Origin: Promethearchaeota archaeon | GTDB lineage: Archaea; Asgardarchaeota; Lokiarchaeia; Sigyniarchaeales; SOKP01 | Direction of reading: 5' to 3' | Assembly (NCBI GenBank): GCA_030599585.1 | Contig: JAUVNS010000005.1 | Span: 64,001 to 128,000 of the forward strand | Length of the DNA stretch: 64,000 bases | Shown: positions 58,728 to 64,000 of the stretch, one piece after another | Layout of the letters: every line of letters begins with the position of its first letter | Numbering within the stretch: the stretch's first letter is position 1 | Made by a program: the position numbers and the translations under genes | Notes under the pieces: model-generated | What the model was told of the DNA's origin: nothing | What the model saw: only the letters and a program-made list of their open reading frames with translations | The model's database searches: none

Positions 58728-60314
58728 ATGACTAACGATTTAGAAAAAGTTTCCGGAATAGGTAAAGCAACAGCAGACAGATTGAGAACGGCTGGCATTG
58801 ATACAGTTGAAAAATTAGCTTCAACGACAACAGAAGAATTAACTGAATTAAAAATTAAGGGAGTAGGCGAATCTACAGCTTCAAAGTATATTAAAAACGC
58901 TCAAAAATTAATTAAAGAAAAATCACCTGATCTTGAACCTCAAATAAAGAAAGAAGATCCTCCATCCAAGCCGGAAAAACATCAAAAACTTGAACCATCT
59001 AAAAAACAAAAGTCTGAACCAACTAAAAAACAAAAGCCAGCAAAAAGTGGAACTCTTAAAGAATTAATAAAAAAACAAGCAGAATGTAATATTGGACTAG
59101 TCGGCCATGTCGATCACGGTAAAACTACCCTAGTTAAAGCCCTTACGGGTGATTGGACTGATAGACACTCTGAAGAACAAGAACGGGGTATTTCTATTAA
59201 ATTAGGATATTCTAACGCAACAATTCTATATTGTCCTGAGTGCGACGAATATTTAACATACTATATGGCGGAGGTTGCTAGAAAAAAAGGACAACCTAGA
59301 TATAATTGTCCAAACTGTTCAAAAACCTTAGAATTTAAAAGAAATATCTCCTTTGTTGATGCTCCAGGTCACGAAATTTTAATGGCTACTATGTTGAGCG
59401 GGGCTTCTTTAATGAACGGTGCTTGTTTGTTAATTTCAGCTGATGAGAAATGTCCTCAACCACAAACTAGAGAACATTTAGAAGCGTTAAATATTGCTAG
59501 TATAAAAAACATCATAATTATCCAAAATAAAATTGATGCTGTTTCAAAAGAACAAGCTTTAGAAAATTATAAACAGATTAAAGAATTTGTGAAGGGTACT
59601 ATCGCTCAAAATGCACCTATTATTCCAGTTTCTGCCGTGTTTGGAGCAAATCTTAATTTAATCGTTCGAGCGTTTGAAGAAATAATTAAATCACCTGTAA
59701 TTCATGAGGACGAGGAGTTCCAATTTCTAGTTGCTCGTTCATTCGATATAAATCGCCCCGGCACACAAATTAACGATTTAAATGGTGGTGTTATTGGTGG
59801 ATCGGTTTTAAAAGGAACGGTTAAAGTTGGAGAAGAAATTGAGATCAGACCGGGATTACGAGTTAAAAATAAATATAAACCCATCAGAACCAAAATAGTT
59901 AGCATAAGTCAAGGATCTAATTTTTTAGAAGAAGCCAAGCCAGGAGGATTAATTGGATTAGGAACTATGTTAGATCCTGCTATGACGCGGGGAGATTCTC
60001 TTATAGGACACTTAGTTGGTAGACCGGGCACACTGCCTGAAATACTCTCTGAAGTCGAAGTTCAAGTAAATCTTATGGAAAGAGTGCTAGGTACCGAGGT
60101 TCAGATGAAAGTTCAACAGTTGAAACACAACGAGAAGTTATTACTCGTCGTTGGAACGGAAAAAACAGCTGGAACTGTAATAAAAATCTTAAAAGATTCA
60201 TATATTCTTAGTTTGAACCCTCCAATTTGTGCTCCAGTGAATTCAATTTTTGCGATTTCAAGAATTATAAATCGCCGTTATCGTTTAATAGGTTATGGTA
60301 AGGAGATAATCTAA
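58728..60314 (+). CDS. eif2g: Translation initiation factor aIF2 gamma with N-terminal helix-hairpin-helix domain
   Basis: GHVDHGKT, RGISIKLGY, Zn ribbon, DAPGHE, PQPQTREH, NKID, RSFDINRPG, YRLIGYG. Confidence 0.95.
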   Translation: MTNDLEKVSGIGKATADRLRTAGIDTVEKLASTTTEELTELKIKGVGESTASKYIKNAQKLIKEKSPDLEPQIKKEDPPSKPEKHQKLEPSKKQKSEPTKKQKPAKSGTLKELIKKQAECNIGLVGHVDHGKTTLVKALTGDWTDRHSEEQERGISIKLGYSNATILYCPECDEYLTYYMAEVARKKGQPRYNCPNCSKTLEFKRNISFVDAPGHEILMATMLSGASLMNGACLLISADEKCPQPQTREHLEALNIASIKNIIIIQNKIDAVSKEQALENYKQIKEFVKGTIAQNAPIIPVSAVFGANLNLIVRAFEEIIKSPVIHEDEEFQFLVARSFDINRPGTQINDLNGGVIGGSVLKGTVKVGEEIEIRPGLRVKNKYKPIRTKIVSISQGSNFLEEAKPGGLIGLGTMLDPAMTRGDSLIGHLVGRPGTLPEILSEVEVQVNLMERVLGTEVQMKVQQLKHNEKLLLVVGTEKTAGTVIKILKDSYILSLNPPICAPVNSIFAISRIINRRYRLIGYGKEII

Positions 60315-60341
60315 AGAAACATTGACAAATTCTGATAACTT

Positions 60342-60671
60342 TTATTGAGAGTAAGAAAGAAAAATTTCTCTGATTTTACCTTTCACTAATTTTAATGAAG
60401 TATCTGCTTTATCAAAAATGTTTTGCAGAGTATTAATTACATCGACATCACTATTAGAATCAATTACTTTTGAAATTTTTTGACTTGTTTCGTATAGGAT
60501 TAAAGTATCTCCGATTTTTGCTAAATAGTGAAGAACAATCTTAATTTTTATTTCTTTAGATAAATCAGTCTCGTCTTTTATCTCTTTAAATTCATAAAAC
60601 ACTTGATCCATTATTCTCTTGTCGAGAAAACTTAAGAAATTTTCAATGTCATCGATGAAAATTACTATCAA
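60342..60671 (-). CDS. Hypothetical protein
   Basis: 109-aa ORF overlapping the upstream stop by 4 bp. Confidence 0.7.
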   Translation of the reverse strand: MIVIFIDDIENFLSFLDKRIMDQVFYEFKEIKDETDLSKEIKIKIVLHYLAKIGDTLILYETSQKISKVIDSNSDVDVINTLQNIFDKADTSLKLVKGKIREIFLSYSQ

Positions 60672-62422
60672 TTTTTCTGAGATCTTTTCGTGTAGTTAAA
60701 ATATAAGATTAAACCTAACAGTATTAAAATACCGTTAATTCCCCCAAATATTAGAATCCAGATTGGAAAATGAAAAACATCTGTAATTAAATAGTTAACT
60801 TCTCTAAAAGTATTAATTTGAAATTCCGTAATTGGCTCAGTGCCTTGAAATACTTTAACAGTATAATTCCCATTAGGGACATTTTCGATTAAAATCTCCC
60901 CGTTTTCATCTGAGTACGCATAAGCCATTGGTTGGTTATAATCGTTCGAGATATACGTGCCATAATTTTTACCGTAATAGGTTAATTCTATTCTATATCC
61001 AACTAAAGGCATGAGAATATTATCGGTAATCACAAGCTTTAAGTCATTAGTAGCAGAATATTTCAAGGAGCATGGATTTGTTTCACCAAGAATTATATAT
61101 GGAATGGTAAGTTTTAAACCCTTCCTTTTCACCGCATTCTTAGTAAAAATCAAGCTGTTCTCGATGGTTTCTTGCGTTATTGAAATGATCTCATCGTAAA
61201 TGTTCAAATTTCGTCCAAATAATGAACTATTACTAATTATCTGATCTACGATTATTGTACTCTCAAGTAGTGTGATATCTTCGAGAAATATGTGCTCTGG
61301 ACCAGAGATAAGAGAGGGAAAGTAAATTCTTTCGCGAATATTTCTAGCTCCTATTAATCTATCAATAGCCCAGCTAAAATCAACCGAATCTTCAAACATA
61401 AAAGTAAAATTAGCACTAAATTTTAATGAAAAAAATTTAGCGTCAGCAGAAATTGTTACATTTATCTTTTTGTCTGGTTCTAAAAAATCAATTTTAGTTT
61501 GATTATCTATTTCTAAGATATGATCAAAAAATAAATCATTATCTAAGGGATTTACAATTACTTCTAAAACGAGATTATCAGCAGGTAATAGGGGGATTGA
61601 TAGGTTATCGGATATTTTTGTTCCAAACAAAGTAAAGTTATAATAAAATGAAGGACTAAAAGTTTGAGCTTGTTGCGTCAATAATAAAATATCCATAGGA
61701 TTTTGAGTTAAATCCCAAGATTCTAGTGTTAGAGTATACTCAAATATGAAGTAGATCGAAAAATTGTGAAAAGTTGTTGAGAAGAAATTCTCATAGTTGA
61801 ACACGAAATAATCATCAGAATCAATCGTGTAATCTCCTTCGTTAAGTTCCTCGATAATAGCACTAGAGCTATTTTTCACAAGTACCTGATTAAGGACTCT
61901 CGGATATAAAACGGAACTATAGATTAAATAACCCTCAGAATTTTCTATGGAAGTATTAAACTGAACACTAATAGATTCGTTAATCATCACCGTTATCTTG
62001 TTCGATTCAGGGAGAGAATCATCGAGATTATTAAATTGGGCGATTTCCGTAGTTTGAATATATTTAGTTTCTAAATATGTAATATTTAAAGCTCCAGAAC
62101 TTAAATCGTCAACGAGATTGGGGTAATTAACTGGTTGATTAAAAAAACCTTCTTCGTCAAATGAAAATTGTGTTATAGTGATGTTCCCAAGTCCCTGTTC
62201 AGGATCGTTAATAATAGGAGAGTAATCTTCTTCCGAAAAAGAACCAAGTTCGGGAACTATAAAGGTATCATCATTATCAAGAATTAAAGAGCTGTCCTTT
62301 AAAGAAGGATCTATAAATAACAATGTGATCACCGTGCTCATTAGTATTACAACGACTATAATAGATTTCCAGTGATTATTGTTTTTCATCGCTATTTTTG
62401 AAGTGAATTTTTTTAAACACAA
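60668..62422 (-). CDS. Membrane-anchored extracellular protein with carboxypeptidase-regulatory-like domain
   Basis: N- and C-terminal TMs; SDENG...VPNGNYTVKV; many NxS/T sequons. Confidence 0.7.
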   Translation of the reverse strand: MCLKKFTSKIAMKNNNHWKSIIVVVILMSTVITLLFIDPSLKDSSLILDNDDTFIVPELGSFSEEDYSPIINDPEQGLGNITITQFSFDEEGFFNQPVNYPNLVDDLSSGALNITYLETKYIQTTEIAQFNNLDDSLPESNKITVMINESISVQFNTSIENSEGYLIYSSVLYPRVLNQVLVKNSSSAIIEELNEGDYTIDSDDYFVFNYENFFSTTFHNFSIYFIFEYTLTLESWDLTQNPMDILLLTQQAQTFSPSFYYNFTLFGTKISDNLSIPLLPADNLVLEVIVNPLDNDLFFDHILEIDNQTKIDFLEPDKKINVTISADAKFFSLKFSANFTFMFEDSVDFSWAIDRLIGARNIRERIYFPSLISGPEHIFLEDITLLESTIIVDQIISNSSLFGRNLNIYDEIISITQETIENSLIFTKNAVKRKGLKLTIPYIILGETNPCSLKYSATNDLKLVITDNILMPLVGYRIELTYYGKNYGTYISNDYNQPMAYAYSDENGEILIENVPNGNYTVKVFQGTEPITEFQINTFREVNYLITDVFHFPIWILIFGGINGILILLGLILYFNYTKRSQKN

Positions 62423-62668
62423 AATTAAATAAAATTAATTAATTTTTCTTAGGATTTTAATTTTTACTTAAATTTCCGTGAATGACTGCTTATACGAATA
62501 TTTATATTTATTGAATATATTTTTATATCATTCATAATGTCTTTAAAAGGCATATCTATTACCTTAAAACACATTTTCAATAACGAGGTAAATAGGAAGC
62601 AAAGTATGATATATTAGATTTTTCCAATTACACCAGATTAAACACATTATTATCGAAAATCCTACAAA

Positions 62669-64000
62669 ATGATTTTTATGGGCACAAAACCAGATCGCAC
62701 TAAATTTTTAAAACACCTCAACACTGCTGTAGATTCCTTCGAGGATTATTCTAAAAATCTTTATAATAACGTTATTGCAATTTCACATAATGACGCAGAT
62801 GGAATTAGTAGCTTACAAATTATTCAAAATTTGCTCCATAAAATGAAATTCAATTATGATTATTTCATCTATAATCGATCTGTTTCATGGGGGAATTATT
62901 TAAATGGAATATTATCGAAAACTCAAAATAGTAGAACTGCACTAATCTTTACTGATGTGGGTTCTAATCTAGCTGAACTAGTGCCTATTATTAAGAAGCG
63001 AAAAGAACATTTTTACATTCTTGATCATCATGAAGTCGATTCCGATTTTGTTTTAGAAGAGCTTCCGGAAAATTTATTCTTTGTTAATCCTACGGTTTTT
63101 GGATTTGACGGCTTAGATCATGTATCGGGTGCTACTTTAGCTTATTTGTTCGCTAAAAAAATTAATTTATCGATTATAAAACAGGGTTGGCTAGCCGTTA
63201 TTGGAATCGCCGGAGACTCACTAAGGTCCATGGAAAAACTCCAATCTTTTAACAAGGAAATTTATCAAGAAATATGCGACGAAGAATTGGTCGTCGATAA
63301 AGAAGGGTTAATACTCTTTGGAAGCATGCACGAATCAATAAAAAATGGTTTAAAGAATAGCATTTTACCTTTCCTAATTGGATATGGTGGGGAAAATGAT
63401 CAAACCATTAAATCATTTTTAAATAACATAAACATAAACCCTAATAAGAAAGTTGTTGATTTAGAGCAAGATGAAATTCAGAGAATTCTTAAAAGCATTG
63501 ATATAGATGTCGGACACTTTGCTTTATTGCCTCAAAAGCAAGGCATACTAAGATTCGCGTTTGAACACGCAATACTACTAAATATCCTATCCTTTAAAAA
63601 TATTAGCGCTGCTATTTCGATCATCCACCAAAAGTCTATTACTAGATACGCTAAAGAACTATATAACGAATACATCAATACACTGGTTAAAAATTTAAAA
63701 ATATTAGCAAATGAATTGCCTCGTTACGAAACTAAAAATACAATCTTCATAGATGCAGGAAACGGCAAAATTCCGCCAAGTAATTGGTCAGACACAGCAA
63801 GTTTTACATCCGTCAACGGACTACTAAAACCCGATAAGATGTTGTTCTTAGGTGGTCTCGAGAAGAAAACTCAAATGGTTAAACTTAGTGTGAGGTGCTC
63901 TCGAAAATACTTAGAAGATGATCACATGGGTGTCAATGAGGTTATAAGCACGATCAAACAAAAACTTGGAGGAACGGGTGGTGGACATAAATTAGCCGGA
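62669..64000 (+). CDS. DHH-family phosphoesterase (RecJ/GAN-like), runs off the window end
   Basis: Manual translation: SHNDADG, FTDVGS, ILDHH, GGTGGGHKLAG (DHHA1). Confidence 0.88.
   Translation, partial: MIFMGTKPDRTKFLKHLNTAVDSFEDYSKNLYNNVIAISHNDADGISSLQIIQNLLHKMKFNYDYFIYNRSVSWGNYLNGILSKTQNSRTALIFTDVGSNLAELVPIIKKRKEHFYILDHHEVDSDFVLEELPENLFFVNPTVFGFDGLDHVSGATLAYLFAKKINLSIIKQGWLAVIGIAGDSLRSMEKLQSFNKEIYQEICDEELVVDKEGLILFGSMHESIKNGLKNSILPFLIGYGGENDQTIKSFLNNININPNKKVVDLEQDEIQRILKSIDIDVGHFALLPQKQGILRFAFEHAILLNILSFKNISAAISIIHQKSITRYAKELYNEYINTLVKNLKILANELPRYETKNTIFIDAGNGKIPPSNWSDTASFTSVNGLLKPDKMLFLGGLEKKTQMVKLSVRCSRKYLEDDHMGVNEVISTIKQKLGGTGGGHKLAG

Noticed and set aside
536-61199. Other short ORF-track entries overlapping longer genes (e.g. 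536, 5167, 9502, 11389, 30977, 44685, 51397, 58262, 61011)
   Set aside because: Antisense or out-of-frame shadows of well-supported CDSs, with no motifs.

Overview
AT-rich archaeal chromosomal DNA, most consistent with Asgard archaea (Lokiarchaeia-like). Support: aIF2-gamma, aIF1A, Spt5, CDC48, archaemetzincin, CdhD, three small GTPases, a longin-roadblock protein, an LRR protein and an 'IPGY'-type C-terminal anchor. The window holds about 53 mostly housekeeping or metabolic CDSs, including an HdrA/GltD-like-MvhD fusion with metV-metF, DAP lysine genes, AOR, an Hrq1-like helicase and an hsp20-cdc48-ArsR operon, plus tRNA-Pro(UGG). No CRISPR array, transposase or integrase was seen. The standout is in the gap at ~57,920-58,126 (minus strand): a circularly permuted 5S rRNA gene. 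The 3' half of 5S comes first and is joined to the 5' half by a C(UUCG)G tetraloop that closes helix I. The two ends fold into a bulge-helix-bulge-like motif inside a ~23-bp processing stem. Standard BHB cleavage and ligation would give a 121-nt circle that exactly restores the conserved CCGAACCCGGAAGUUAA sequence. All calls are by eye from motifs; no database searches or folding programs were run.
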